From: Bacillota bacterium
GTDB lineage: Bacteria; Bacillota; Sulfobacillia; Fermentithermobacillales; Fermentithermobacillaceae
Assembly: GCA_050952085.1 (NCBI GenBank)
Contig: JBMNKH010000004.1
Coordinates: 309,583-373,582 of the forward strand
DNA: 64,000 nt
Direction: 5' to 3'
Shown piece after piece: positions 22,342-31,202 of the stretch. The position numbers were made by a program, and so were the translations under genes. The notes under the pieces are model-generated. The model did no database searches. It was not told the DNA's origin and was given only the letters and a program-made list of their open reading frames with translations. Position 1 is the first letter of the stretch. Each line of letters begins with the position of its first letter.

Positions 22342-23164
22342 CTCGTTGATCCCGGCAGTGCTTGAAGACCAGGGCGAAGAGATTTTGCAGGTGGATCCAA
22401 AGGACATTAGAGCTAACCCGTATCAACCCAGGCAGGTTTTTGACGACGCAGCTATTGAAGAATTAGCTGCCTCCATGGTGGAACACGGAATAATCCAACC
22501 CTTAATAGTGAGACGGTATGACGCCGGGTACCAGTTGGTTGCAGGCGAACGGCGGCTGAGGGCTGCGATGCGGGCAGGGCTGGACAAGGTACCTGTGGTG
22601 GTCAAGAGCTTGAGCGACCGGGAAGCCATGGAGCTTTCCCTGGTTGAAAACTTGCAGAGAGAAGACTTAGGGCCCCTTGAGGAAGCTGAAGCTTATAGGA
22701 GATTGTCTGAAGAGTTCGGGCTAACCCAGGAGCAGATAGCCCAACGGGTAGGAAAGAGCAGGTCTGACATTGCTAACACTCTACGGTTGCTGAGGCTGGA
22801 GCCTGAAGTCAAACAACTGATTAACGAAGGGAAGATATCAGGCGGACATGGCCGTGCGCTCGTTGGCCTTCCAAGAGAGCAGCAGCTATCAATTGCCAGG
22901 AGCATAGTCGAAAGAGGGCTTTCTGTGAGAAGCACTGAGGAGACTGTTGCATCCAAGGTGGCCAACAAGAAACCCAGACAGAAGAAGTCACAAGCCATGC
23001 GCATCAGAGAAGCTGAAGAGCTCCTTGCAGCTGCCCTTGGCAGCCCGGTTGTGGTGAAAAGGCAGGGTACAAAAGGCACGATTAGCATTAGTTTTTTTGG
23101 GCCTGAAGATCTAGAACGGTTGATTGAGGTCATAAGCGGGAACAATCCAAGATCCCAGCCATGA
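22310..23164 (+). CDS. parB: Chromosome partitioning protein ParB/Spo0J
   Basis: GTG start (VARRGLGRG) after GAGGAGG; NPYQPR, AGERRLRAA, ENLQREDL. Confidence 0.97.
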   Translation: MARRGLGRGIDSLIPAVLEDQGEEILQVDPKDIRANPYQPRQVFDDAAIEELAASMVEHGIIQPLIVRRYDAGYQLVAGERRLRAAMRAGLDKVPVVVKSLSDREAMELSLVENLQREDLGPLEEAEAYRRLSEEFGLTQEQIAQRVGKSRSDIANTLRLLRLEPEVKQLINEGKISGGHGRALVGLPREQQLSIARSIVERGLSVRSTEETVASKVANKKPRQKKSQAMRIREAEELLAAALGSPVVVKRQGTKGTISISFFGPEDLERLIEVISGNNPRSQP

Positions 23165-23180
23165 TGTTTCACGTGAAACA
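23165..23180. promoter_or_regulatory. parS centromere-like site
   Basis: Perfect palindrome TGTTTCACGTGAAACA immediately after the parB stop codon. Confidence 0.93.
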
Positions 23181-23207
23181 TTGGGTAACATAGGAGGAAC
23201 CGTAATA

Positions 23208-24335
23208 ATGGCAGAACCCCTAAGGCCGGTATGGGCTGAAGTAAACCTTGGCAACTTCAAGAAGAATTTGCATGCAGTGAGGGAACTTGTATCGCCACAG
23301 GCACAAGTCCTGGCTGTGGTCAAAGCCAACGCCTATGGTATCGGAGCGGTGCCTGCCTCCAAAGCTGCCATGGAGGTGCCAGGCGTAGTAGGCCTGGCTG
23401 TAGCTACGCCGGAAGAAGCGGTAGAACTCAGGGAAGCAGGCTTGAGCGATATGATCCTGGTGCTCGGCCCTGTCACAAGTGATGCCGCCCGGGTGCTGGC
23501 GCAACTCGGGATTTCAATCACTGTGACTTCCGTTGCAGGAGTGCTTGACGCAGAGCTGGCAGGCCAAGCCGCAGGTAAGAAGAGCAAGATCCACATTAAA
23601 GTTGAAACCGGAATGGGAAGAGTAGGGTTCCTTCCCGGTGAAGACTTGGGACAAGTTCTTGAACTTATATCAAGATCCAGCCACATTGAAGTAGAAGGAG
23701 TGTTTTCTCACTTCTCAGCTGCCGATACTGACCCGGAATACACCGGTTTGCAGCTTAGGAACTTTGAGAACGCACGTAAGCAGGTAGAAGCGGCGGGTAT
23801 CAAGCCGCGCTTCGTCCACCTGTCAAATTCAGCGGCAATCCTGGACTTGCCTGAGGCACATTTCGATTTGGTGCGCCCGGGAATCATGATTTACGGATGC
23901 TACCCGCATCCTTCCCTGGCAGACAAGGCACAACTGTATCCGGTGGTTTCGCTCAAGGCACGGATATCCCATGTGAAGCGTGTCGGGCCGGGGGCCTCCA
24001 TCGGCTACGGCAGGACCTACACAATCTCACAGCCGGCGGAAATAGCCACAATCCCCATTGGTTATGCAGACGGGTATCCCAGGTCGCTATCGAACAAAGC
24101 TTCGGTCCTGATAAGGGGCAGGAGATATCCCATAGCGGGCAGGATATGCATGGACCAGTCAATGATCGATATTACAGGAGAACCGGGAATAACCCCAGGC
24201 GAAGTGGTTACTCTTATCGGCACTGACGGAGATGAAACCATAACCCTGGACGAGATAGCGGAGCTCGCAGGCACCATTTCACACGAAATCCTCACAGGGA
24301 TGAGTTCAAGGGTGCCCCGCATTTACATTGAATGA
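23208..24335 (+). CDS. alr: Alanine racemase
   Basis: VVKANAYG (PLP lysine), HIKVETGMGR, IGYGRTY, GRICMDQ. Confidence 0.95.
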   Translation: MAEPLRPVWAEVNLGNFKKNLHAVRELVSPQAQVLAVVKANAYGIGAVPASKAAMEVPGVVGLAVATPEEAVELREAGLSDMILVLGPVTSDAARVLAQLGISITVTSVAGVLDAELAGQAAGKKSKIHIKVETGMGRVGFLPGEDLGQVLELISRSSHIEVEGVFSHFSAADTDPEYTGLQLRNFENARKQVEAAGIKPRFVHLSNSAAILDLPEAHFDLVRPGIMIYGCYPHPSLADKAQLYPVVSLKARISHVKRVGPGASIGYGRTYTISQPAEIATIPIGYADGYPRSLSNKASVLIRGRRYPIAGRICMDQSMIDITGEPGITPGEVVTLIGTDGDETITLDEIAELAGTISHEILTGMSSRVPRIYIE

Positions 24336-24398
24336 TAGGATCTGACTTGTGCTGTCGCACTTAGGCGGGACACAAAACTCTCACCTGGAAAGATCCTG

Positions 24399-24425
24399 GC
24401 AGGATTACCGTGAGAAACGTCGAAT
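24399..24425 (+). promoter_or_regulatory. Putative SigH promoter of the M23-bactofilin operon
   Basis: GCAGGATTA-11 nt-GTCGAAT matches the SigH consensus. Confidence 0.6.
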
Positions 24426-24524
24426 GTTATACCGATGGTGTCGCTTTATCCCTTTGGCACCGCGATCTTGGCGGAACAGATCAAAGGGTACATATCTTGG
24501 AGAAGTCTCGGAGGAGTTTCACGT

Positions 24525-25517
24525 TTGTTAGCGAACATTTTTGGCGGGGAATCAAGACCTGGTAGGAAACCAGCTATCAGCAGCCGTGAGCGCAGGTTTA
24601 CCTTCTTGGTGGTCTACTCACACGGCAAGACACATAGGATGAGCCTGAGTCTGACTACGCTCATGTCTGTGCTCACTTTGGCTTGCATTTCTCTGGTTGC
24701 GCTTGGAGCATTTGTGAACTCATATATTCAAACCTCCAGGGAAAATGAAGAACTCAACTATCTCTATGACGTAGCCGGCATCCAGGAGATGCAAATCCAG
24801 CATCTTCAAGAACGTATCAGGGACATGGCAGAAAGGCTGCGCCAGGCCGAACTGGTTGAGAGTGAGACCAGGACCATGCTTCTTGAAGAGGGCCTGATTC
24901 AAGAAGGCGCTTCAGAGATGGCAGTTACGGTTGCAGCCAGGCAGGTCATGGCAGAGACTACGTCCCGATCCGGCAGGAGCATCAACAGAATCCCACCCCG
25001 CGATATTGCTTTGGTCCTAGAGTCTTTGGGACAAGCAGCTTTTGACTTGGACGGTGAGATTGCCTCACTGGAGCAACGCCTGGCAGACCTCCGTGGAAAG
25101 GCTGAAAAGGCTGTGGCATTTTCCAGGGCGCGGCCTAGCATATGGCCTGTATACGGCAATATTACCTCTATCTACGGATGGAGGAGGCATCCAATCACAG
25201 GCAGGCAGCAATTCCATGAGGGGCTCGATATTGGTGCCTCGTACCGTACACCTATACGGGCTACCGCCGACGGAACAGTAAAGTTTGCTGGGTATCAAGC
25301 GGGCTATGGCTGGTCTGTGAGGATAAGCCATGGATACGGGTTTGAAACCGTGTATTGCCATTGCAGTTCCGTGAGCGTTACCGCAGGACAAAAAGTCGAG
25401 CGCGGGGATGTTATAGCCTACGTCGGTTCCTCAGGCACATCCACAGGGCCCCACCTGCACTACGAAGTTTTGAAAGACGGAAAAAAACAAAATCCTATGG
25501 ACTATCTTCCTAAGTGA
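24525..25517 (+). CDS. Membrane-anchored coiled-coil M23 metallopeptidase
   Basis: TM segment, coiled coil, HEGLD (HxxxD) and GPHLH; TTG start 8 nt after GGAGGAG (start uncertain). Confidence 0.88.
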   Translation: MLANIFGGESRPGRKPAISSRERRFTFLVVYSHGKTHRMSLSLTTLMSVLTLACISLVALGAFVNSYIQTSRENEELNYLYDVAGIQEMQIQHLQERIRDMAERLRQAELVESETRTMLLEEGLIQEGASEMAVTVAARQVMAETTSRSGRSINRIPPRDIALVLESLGQAAFDLDGEIASLEQRLADLRGKAEKAVAFSRARPSIWPVYGNITSIYGWRRHPITGRQQFHEGLDIGASYRTPIRATADGTVKFAGYQAGYGWSVRISHGYGFETVYCHCSSVSVTAGQKVERGDVIAYVGSSGTSTGPHLHYEVLKDGKKQNPMDYLPK

Positions 25518-25536
25518 ACCTGGGAGGCATACATCC

Positions 25537-25935
25537 ATGTTTAGGTCTAAAGAACCTGTTAGCCGGGGCGGCGCCTTTGAGAGCCTGCTCGGCAAAGGCA
25601 TTGAGATCCAAGGCACCCTGGCATCAAAAGGCAGTCTGAGAGTAGACGGGAAGCTTCAGGGTAAACTCTACTCTGATTGCGATATTATGATTGGACATGG
25701 CGCGGTTGTAAAAGCTGATATAGACGCGGCTAACGTGACTATCGCCGGAGACGTTGTCGGCAACGTAAAGTGTACCGGCCGGCTGGAACTCTTGTCTTCA
25801 GGCAAGCTGAGGGGTGACATTACTGTCGGCAGCCTGGTCATATCAGAAGGCGCTGTGTTTTCAGGGGTGGCAGAGATGACCAAGCCTATGGAAATCAAGG
25901 GAAAGGTGGCCCCTGACAAGCAGAGGGAGAATTGA
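25537..25935 (+). CDS. Bactofilin (polymer-forming cytoskeletal protein, DUF583)
   Basis: SLLGKGIEIQGTL...LRVDGKLQG...VTIAGDVVGNV...LVISEGAVFSG beta-helix pattern. Confidence 0.9.
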   Translation: MFRSKEPVSRGGAFESLLGKGIEIQGTLASKGSLRVDGKLQGKLYSDCDIMIGHGAVVKADIDAANVTIAGDVVGNVKCTGRLELLSSGKLRGDITVGSLVISEGAVFSGVAEMTKPMEIKGKVAPDKQREN

Positions 25936-26564
25936 TGTTCAAAGACAGGCAACATGCCGGACAGGAACTTGCCAGACTCTTGAAACCCCTAGAACTCAAA
26001 AGGCCACTTGTACTCGCCATCCCAAGAGGAGGTGTGGTGGTCGGGCAGCAGGTGGCCTTTGAATTGAAGGCAGATTTGGATATCGTGATTGCCAAGAAGA
26101 TAGGAGCCCCCTTCAACCAGGAATTTGCAGTAGCAGCAGTAGATCAGGACGGCCACGTAACCCTCCCACCCGGAGGCAGCATGTACGCCTCCCATGACTA
26201 CATACAGAGCCGCGCAGTAGAGGTAAGTGAGAAAATAGCTGAGCAGCTCGCTGATTTCCGCCAAGGCCGTAAAGCCATGAAGATCAAGGGCAGGGACGTT
26301 GTGGTGGTAGATGACGGCTTGGCCACAGGTCTTACGGCCCTTGCCGCCGTCAAGTATGTACGCCGCCTTAACCCTGAAACCTTGGTGCTTGCAGTGCCGG
26401 TTTCCCCGCAAGAAACCCTGCATACCCTTGGTGAGTATGTTGACCAAGTGGTATGTCCACTTACCCCTTTCCCCTTCTACGCAGTAGGGCAATGGTATGC
26501 CGTATTTGATCAGGTTACAGACGAGACTGTGCGCCACATCCTTGCCACAGCCCGATCCCGCTAA
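25935..26564 (+). CDS. Phosphoribosyltransferase-family protein
   Basis: FKDRQHAG, AIPRGGV, VVVDDGLATG PRPP-binding motif. Confidence 0.85.
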   Translation: MFKDRQHAGQELARLLKPLELKRPLVLAIPRGGVVVGQQVAFELKADLDIVIAKKIGAPFNQEFAVAAVDQDGHVTLPPGGSMYASHDYIQSRAVEVSEKIAEQLADFRQGRKAMKIKGRDVVVVDDGLATGLTALAAVKYVRRLNPETLVLAVPVSPQETLHTLGEYVDQVVCPLTPFPFYAVGQWYAVFDQVTDETVRHILATARSR

Positions 26565-26575
26565 AGTCCCTCCAG

Positions 26576-26605
26576 GTATTATTTGACGCCTTCCTGTGCA
26601 TATTT
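26576..26605 (+). promoter_or_regulatory. Putative forespore (SigG/SigF-like) promoter of yyaC
   Basis: GTATT-18 nt-CATATTT, one mismatch per box to GYATA...CATAHTA. Confidence 0.35.
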
Positions 26606-26622
26606 TCCTAACAGGGGTACAT

Positions 26623-27282
26623 ATGTCACAGGTGTGCTTTTCCATTCCAATATCAAAGCCAGACCCGGGCAGGCGGGTAGCTGTGGCGCTGCAGTCGGTT
26701 TTGTCCAGCTTGAAACCAGGTCCGACCTCAGCGCCTACAGTGCTTTGCGTGGGCAGCGACAGGGCAACAGGGGACAGCTTAGGCCCACTGGTTGGAAGCA
26801 TGCTCAGTTGGAACGGCTTTTCAGGCATGGTGTTTGGCACCTTGGAGCAACCTGTGCACGCAGCCAACTTGGAACAAACCCTCATGCTCCTGGACGGCCG
26901 CTGCACCACAATCCTGGGCGTCGACGCATGCCTGGGGACCAAGAAAGAAGTGGGCACGATTATAGTCAGCAAGGGCCCCCTCAGGCCTGGACTTGGCGTA
27001 AATAAGGAACTGCCCCCAGTGGGTCACCTGCATATTGCAGGAGTGGTCAACATAGGCGGGTTTATGGAGCACCTGGTGTTGCAGAGCACCAGGCTGAACC
27101 TGGTAGTCAAGATGGCCCAGGCAATAGCATGGGGCATTATCCTTGCTGCAAAGTGTCTAGAGGATCCATGCCCTGGCACAAATCCTGGGCCACTGCATCC
27201 AGAAAACGGCGCTATTCGACCGGCCCTAACGACCGCCGGACTTCCGCTACAACTTCTTCCGGTGTCCGGCCGGCAGCGGTGA
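26623..27282 (+). CDS. yyaC: Spore protease YyaC (DUF1256)
   Basis: LCVGSDRATGDSLGPLVG, PVHAANL, GVDACLG, PLRPGLGVNKELP. Confidence 0.9.
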   Translation: MSQVCFSIPISKPDPGRRVAVALQSVLSSLKPGPTSAPTVLCVGSDRATGDSLGPLVGSMLSWNGFSGMVFGTLEQPVHAANLEQTLMLLDGRCTTILGVDACLGTKKEVGTIIVSKGPLRPGLGVNKELPPVGHLHIAGVVNIGGFMEHLVLQSTRLNLVVKMAQAIAWGIILAAKCLEDPCPGTNPGPLHPENGAIRPALTTAGLPLQLLPVSGRQR

Positions 27283-27466
27283 TAACAGGCGAACGCCTTG
27301 AGTCATGTATTCCGAGGAAATCGCGATCCATCCCTGAAACTACTACTGCCTGGGCTCCGGACCGGTGCACTTCGTCTGGTTCCTTGACTTCCACCACAAG
27401 AAATCCTGCGGTTTTGAGCGCTTGTTGGAAAGGCCTGAGGCCTTCTTCCACTGCAATCTTGGTCAA
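27212..27466 (-). CDS. ykuS: YkuS-family (UPF0180) protein
   Basis: KIAVEEGL...VVVSGMD...PVITAAGRTPEEV; TTG start after AAGGAGGTG. Confidence 0.8.
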   Translation of the reverse strand: MTKIAVEEGLRPFQQALKTAGFLVVEVKEPDEVHRSGAQAVVVSGMDRDFLGIHDSRRSPVITAAGRTPEEVVAEVRRSLGPVE

Positions 27467-27487
27467 CCGCAACACCTCCTTATCACA

Positions 27488-27517
27488 TACTCTTCACATG
27501 GGCCCTGAGCCCTATAC
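27488..27517 (-). promoter_or_regulatory. Putative SigF-like promoter of ykuS
   Basis: GTATA-15 nt-GTGAAGAGTA on the minus strand versus GYATA-N15-GGnnAnAnTA. Confidence 0.4.
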
Positions 27518-27599
27518 ACACATTAGACCCGGGAGTACCTGAAAGCTTGGAAGGAACCACGGTAGGTCTCCTAGAATCTTTTGGCAACAGGAATGGGGA

Positions 27600-28094
27600 G
27601 TGAGTTCAGTGGGCTTAAGCCTGGAAACGAGGGTTGCGCGGATGGTCAAACGCGGCCAGTATGCCCAAGCGGCAACGATGCTTACCGCCAGCATAGGCTC
27701 TGCCGGCAAGGGGTCTGTTGCCAGGCAAAATCTGCTGGCCGTGTGTAAGGCCAGAATGGGCCGGCTAAGTGACGCGAAGCTAATCTTGCTGCAGCTGGAG
27801 CTTGAGCGTCCCGGGAACCCCAGGGTGCTTAACAACCTGGGAAACGTGGCACTCCTTGAAGATGATGCCCGGACTGCAGTCAAATTGTACAAAGAAGCAG
27901 CGAGGCTAAGCCCCTGGGCGCCAGAACCAAAGTTCAACATGTTCTTGGCTTACCGCCGGCTAGGGGAAATCGAGAACTCCCTCTATTCATATCACGAGTT
28001 TGTTCTGACTAAGCGAATAAGTCTCCTGGGCAAGGCGCTGGCATTCGCAGCCCTGATGGCAGCTGTTACAGCGCTTCTCCGCGCCTTGCTTTAG
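27600..28094 (+). CDS. TPR-repeat protein with C-terminal hydrophobic anchor
   Basis: PGNPRVLNNLGNVAL...AVKLYKEAARLSP TPR pattern; hydrophobic C-terminus. Confidence 0.7.
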   Translation: MSSVGLSLETRVARMVKRGQYAQAATMLTASIGSAGKGSVARQNLLAVCKARMGRLSDAKLILLQLELERPGNPRVLNNLGNVALLEDDARTAVKLYKEAARLSPWAPEPKFNMFLAYRRLGEIENSLYSYHEFVLTKRISLLGKALAFAALMAAVTALLRALL

Positions 28095-28107
28095 CCGATG
28101 TAGGGGC

Positions 28108-29280
28108 TTGGGTATGAGTCTAAGTTTTCCCACTGTGAGAAAAGCAAAGCATGACGGGACGCTTCCAGAATGGGAGCCTGAGCGTCAACAGCGGAAACGC
28201 ATTTCCCGGAAACATGTGATGTTTGCAGCCTGCGCCATGATCGTGGGAATAGCGCTGTCCCTGCTACACATGATCCAAACAGGCACAACACGCCCAAAGG
28301 TCATTGCGTCAGTACCAGGCGGCGAACTAAGGGCAAGCTGCGACTCAGGTTTTGTGATAGCCAGGGACGGCAGTTTGATCTTTCTGGATACAGACGGCAT
28401 TACAGGCCCTCTACCCGGAGACTATGAGACGGTTATCAATTCAGGCGCTTGGCTAGTCGGACTGGAGCCTCCTTTTATGCACCTAATCCGCCCGGACCTT
28501 CCCGGCTCCCAGGTGCTCACCGTACGGTTGGCGCCAGGCGAGAGGCCTGTGCCAGTGTTACAAGGAGATGCGGTGATAACCTACCGGCCGCAACAGGATA
28601 TCAAGTTTGGCGAGCCCTGGTACCTGCGGGCGGTTTCAGGTGAAGGTGCGGTAATGTGGGACAGGCAGCTTCCATACGCTCCTCTCTTCGGGACATCAGA
28701 CGGGCGCCACCTGGTTATGGCAGCTGTGGATATTTCAGGCGGGGGAACACCCTGGGCGCTGTGTGTGTCAATCAATACAGGAGAACTCATGTGGCAGCAA
28801 CCCCTTGGGCCCGGCGCATGGCGCTACCTGGCAATCAGTCCTGACGGAAATGTCAGGGCTGTGCTTGATTCGTGTGCGTACTGCCTCACGGCTGACGGCC
28901 AGGTGGCATGGGCATACCGTCCTGCAGGAATGATAGCGTCTGCCGCGGAACACTCAGGTATCCTTGCTGTATCGGTATCCAACGAGCCAAGCGGGGCAAG
29001 AACCGGGCTGTTTGGAAATGCCCAGGTGATGGCACTTAGCAAAGATGGGGAGGTACTGTGGGAAATGAAAACCACGGAAGCGCTCCCCAGGCTGTTTGTA
29101 TCGGCAGGCCGCCTGATCGTGCTCGAAGCAGGGAAGGTGCTGTGTGTACAACCGGATACAGGAGATGTATTTTTTTGGGCCAAGGTGGATGGATATCCCA
29201 TAACATGTGCAAAAGATGTTATCCTTGTATACAAAGACGACGGCTTTGCCCTTGTTGACCCTGGAATTTCTAGTCCGTAA
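28108..29280 (+). CDS. Membrane-anchored PQQ/BamB-like beta-propeller protein
   Basis: Single N-terminal TM; repeated G..vW motifs (GAVMWD, TGELMWQ, GQVAWA, GEVLWE). Confidence 0.7.
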   Translation: MGMSLSFPTVRKAKHDGTLPEWEPERQQRKRISRKHVMFAACAMIVGIALSLLHMIQTGTTRPKVIASVPGGELRASCDSGFVIARDGSLIFLDTDGITGPLPGDYETVINSGAWLVGLEPPFMHLIRPDLPGSQVLTVRLAPGERPVPVLQGDAVITYRPQQDIKFGEPWYLRAVSGEGAVMWDRQLPYAPLFGTSDGRHLVMAAVDISGGGTPWALCVSINTGELMWQQPLGPGAWRYLAISPDGNVRAVLDSCAYCLTADGQVAWAYRPAGMIASAAEHSGILAVSVSNEPSGARTGLFGNAQVMALSKDGEVLWEMKTTEALPRLFVSAGRLIVLEAGKVLCVQPDTGDVFFWAKVDGYPITCAKDVILVYKDDGFALVDPGISSP

Positions 29281-29291
29281 GGTGATGCGGC

Positions 29292-29624
29292 GTGGTGTCC
29301 AATACCAGTCGGGGTGTGATAGTGACCCTGGTATCCGCTTTCGTCTTAGAAAAGGCGTTGGAACCTCTCAAGGGCCCGTTTTGGTTCGTTGGAGTATTCC
29401 TGGGAGTTTACATAATTGCGGTGTTCTGCTTTCGAAGCAATAACGTACAACTTACGGCGTACTTCGAGGATGCGCTTTTCAAGCTGGCGGTGTGCATCGG
29501 TCTTGGATTACTGGCTTGGTACGCAGACGGGCAGATTTCAATGTACACAGGGAAACACGGCAGCCCTGGGATCCCAGCAGTTATATTTGCATTGGTAGAC
29601 AGGCTAACCACAGAAGCGCATTAG
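29292..29624 (+). CDS. Hypothetical membrane protein
   Basis: 110 aa, several hydrophobic segments, fills the gap in a co-oriented operon. Confidence 0.55.
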   Translation: MVSNTSRGVIVTLVSAFVLEKALEPLKGPFWFVGVFLGVYIIAVFCFRSNNVQLTAYFEDALFKLAVCIGLGLLAWYADGQISMYTGKHGSPGIPAVIFALVDRLTTEAH

Positions 29625-29640
29625 TCCTGCCGGAGGAGGG

Positions 29641-30360
29641 ATGTTCTTGGACTTGAACTTGAACTACGCAGACCTTGCCATAGGAGTCATGCTTGCCCTT
29701 GGCTTCATCAGAGGTTTTCTGGCCGGTTTTTGGGCATCGGTACTGAACCTTGCAGGCACATTCGCAAGCTTCATAGGCGCCTACTTCCTCACAGCACCAG
29801 CTGTAAACTACCTGGAGAGAGCAAGCGGTTGGGTTACCCGTGTTACAGCATGGTGGGACGACATTTTCCTACTCATCCCAAACTATTCGAAAGCCTACGA
29901 TCCCAATGCCGTAGCTGACTTTTTCGCGGGCATTGACTCAACTCCATGGCTCAGGCCGATTTCAGCCCTTATCAAAGATCGTTTCCTGGAAATCGAGGCC
30001 ACTGCAGGGCCCGGCGCAAGCTGGGGGTCCATCCTGTCTTCCTTAATGGCGCAGATTCTAGTGTCAGGTGTGGTGTTTTTCATTCTCCTGACTGTGCTCA
30101 GGTTCGCCTGGTCCCTGTTTTCCAGGACCATTGCGTTTGCCACTGCATTGTCGCTCACCCAAAGGATACTTGGGGGGCTGCTTCAAACAGGCCTCTCCCT
30201 CGTATGGTTGTCCCTGGTTATAGGGGCACTCTATCCTCTGGTGGGGCTGGAGATTCTAGGGCCAGTAAGGGACGTAGTAGCGTCGTCGCACCTTGTTGAG
30301 ATACTCTTAGGCATATATCAAGCGTTGATTCCAGCTGTGCTGTTAAAGATTAGTCCGTAA
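29641..30360 (+). CDS. CvpA-family membrane protein
   Basis: DLAIGVMLALGFIRGF N-terminus and QRILGGLL motif; GGAGG RBS. Confidence 0.8.
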   Translation: MFLDLNLNYADLAIGVMLALGFIRGFLAGFWASVLNLAGTFASFIGAYFLTAPAVNYLERASGWVTRVTAWWDDIFLLIPNYSKAYDPNAVADFFAGIDSTPWLRPISALIKDRFLEIEATAGPGASWGSILSSLMAQILVSGVVFFILLTVLRFAWSLFSRTIAFATALSLTQRILGGLLQTGLSLVWLSLVIGALYPLVGLEILGPVRDVVASSHLVEILLGIYQALIPAVLLKISP

Positions 30361-30387
30361 TGGTGATGGGTAAGGAGGTCCGGTAGC

Positions 30388-30594
30388 ATGCTCTTAAACC
30401 CTCCACTCAGGGCGGGGGATGTGGTACAGCTCAAAAAGCGCCATGCATGCGGCAATGACCTGTGGAAAGTGCTGTTTGCAGGCGCAGATGTGAGGCTCAA
30501 ATGCGAGCTATGCGGCCGGGTAATCTTCATTGACAGGGGTAAGTTTGCATCGAGGTTCAAGAAACGGATTGAGATAGCAGAAGATGGAAACTAA
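30388..30594 (+). CDS. DUF951-family protein (YyzM-like)
   Basis: GDVVQLKKRHACG...GADVRLKCELCGR. Confidence 0.85.
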   Translation: MLLNPPLRAGDVVQLKKRHACGNDLWKVLFAGADVRLKCELCGRVIFIDRGKFASRFKKRIEIAEDGN

Positions 30595-30606
30595 CCGCGG
30601 CGGCCC

Positions 30607-30635
30607 TTGAGCTTGGAGATACAGAAGGCTATAAT
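30607..30635 (+). promoter_or_regulatory. SigA promoter of rpsF-ssb-rpsR
   Basis: TTGAGC-17 nt-TATAAT. Confidence 0.6.
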
Positions 30636-30690
30636 ATTCCTTGCGCCGGTGAGGCGCCGGTTGAGCGACGCGGAGCCAAGTCTCCGGTTA

Positions 30691-30731
30691 CTCCCGCCCC
30701 GGAAGGGGCCGCAAAAGTCCATGGGAGGAGG
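30691..30731 (+). ncRNA. S6:S18 autoregulatory leader
   Basis: CTCCC-GCCCC-GGAA-GGGGC-CGC-AAAA-GTCC...GGAGG: hairpin plus conserved CCG and anti-SD pairing, same layout as the known rpsF leader. Confidence 0.7.
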
Positions 30732-30740
30732 TATAGAGTG

Positions 30741-31169
30741 ATGCGTACTTATGAACTGCTGATCCTTGTGCGTCCCGATTACGACGATGAGAAGATTACT
30801 TCTGTCATTGCCAGGTACACGGACGTCATAACCAATTTGCAAGGTTCAGTCACCACCGCTGAAAAATGGGCCAAACGCAGGCTCGCTTACGAGATCGACC
30901 GTGTAAGGGAAGGAATCTACCTCATTATTGTCTTCAAGGGCACTGCACAGTTGGCAGACGAATTGGACCGCCTGCTGAAGATCGACCAAGAAGTTATGAG
31001 GCACATGATTTGCAGGATCGATCACATTGAAGAAGTGGAGCAGAAGTTCAGGCAGAAAAGGACGCGTGGCCAGGAACGCAGGCGTGAGCCGGATGCAAAA
31101 GGCCAGGCAGCCCCTGAATCTGCCGTCGTGAGCGACGATACCGGCAACGAAGGTTCAAACGGGAATTAG
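30741..31169 (+). CDS. rpsF: 30S ribosomal protein S6
   Basis: MRTYELL, KWAKRRLAYEI, EVMRHMI; charged C-terminal extension. Confidence 0.95.
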   Translation: MRTYELLILVRPDYDDEKITSVIARYTDVITNLQGSVTTAEKWAKRRLAYEIDRVREGIYLIIVFKGTAQLADELDRLLKIDQEVMRHMICRIDHIEEVEQKFRQKRTRGQERRREPDAKGQAAPESAVVSDDTGNEGSNGN

Positions 31170-31202
31170 GTTGGGTCAAGAAAGTGTTTTGGAGGGGAGA
31201 TA

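Noticed and set aside
24455-24464. T-box-like TGGCACCGCG upstream of the M23 gene
   Set aside because: Lacks the preceding conserved GG, a specifier stem and a terminator; wrong gene context.
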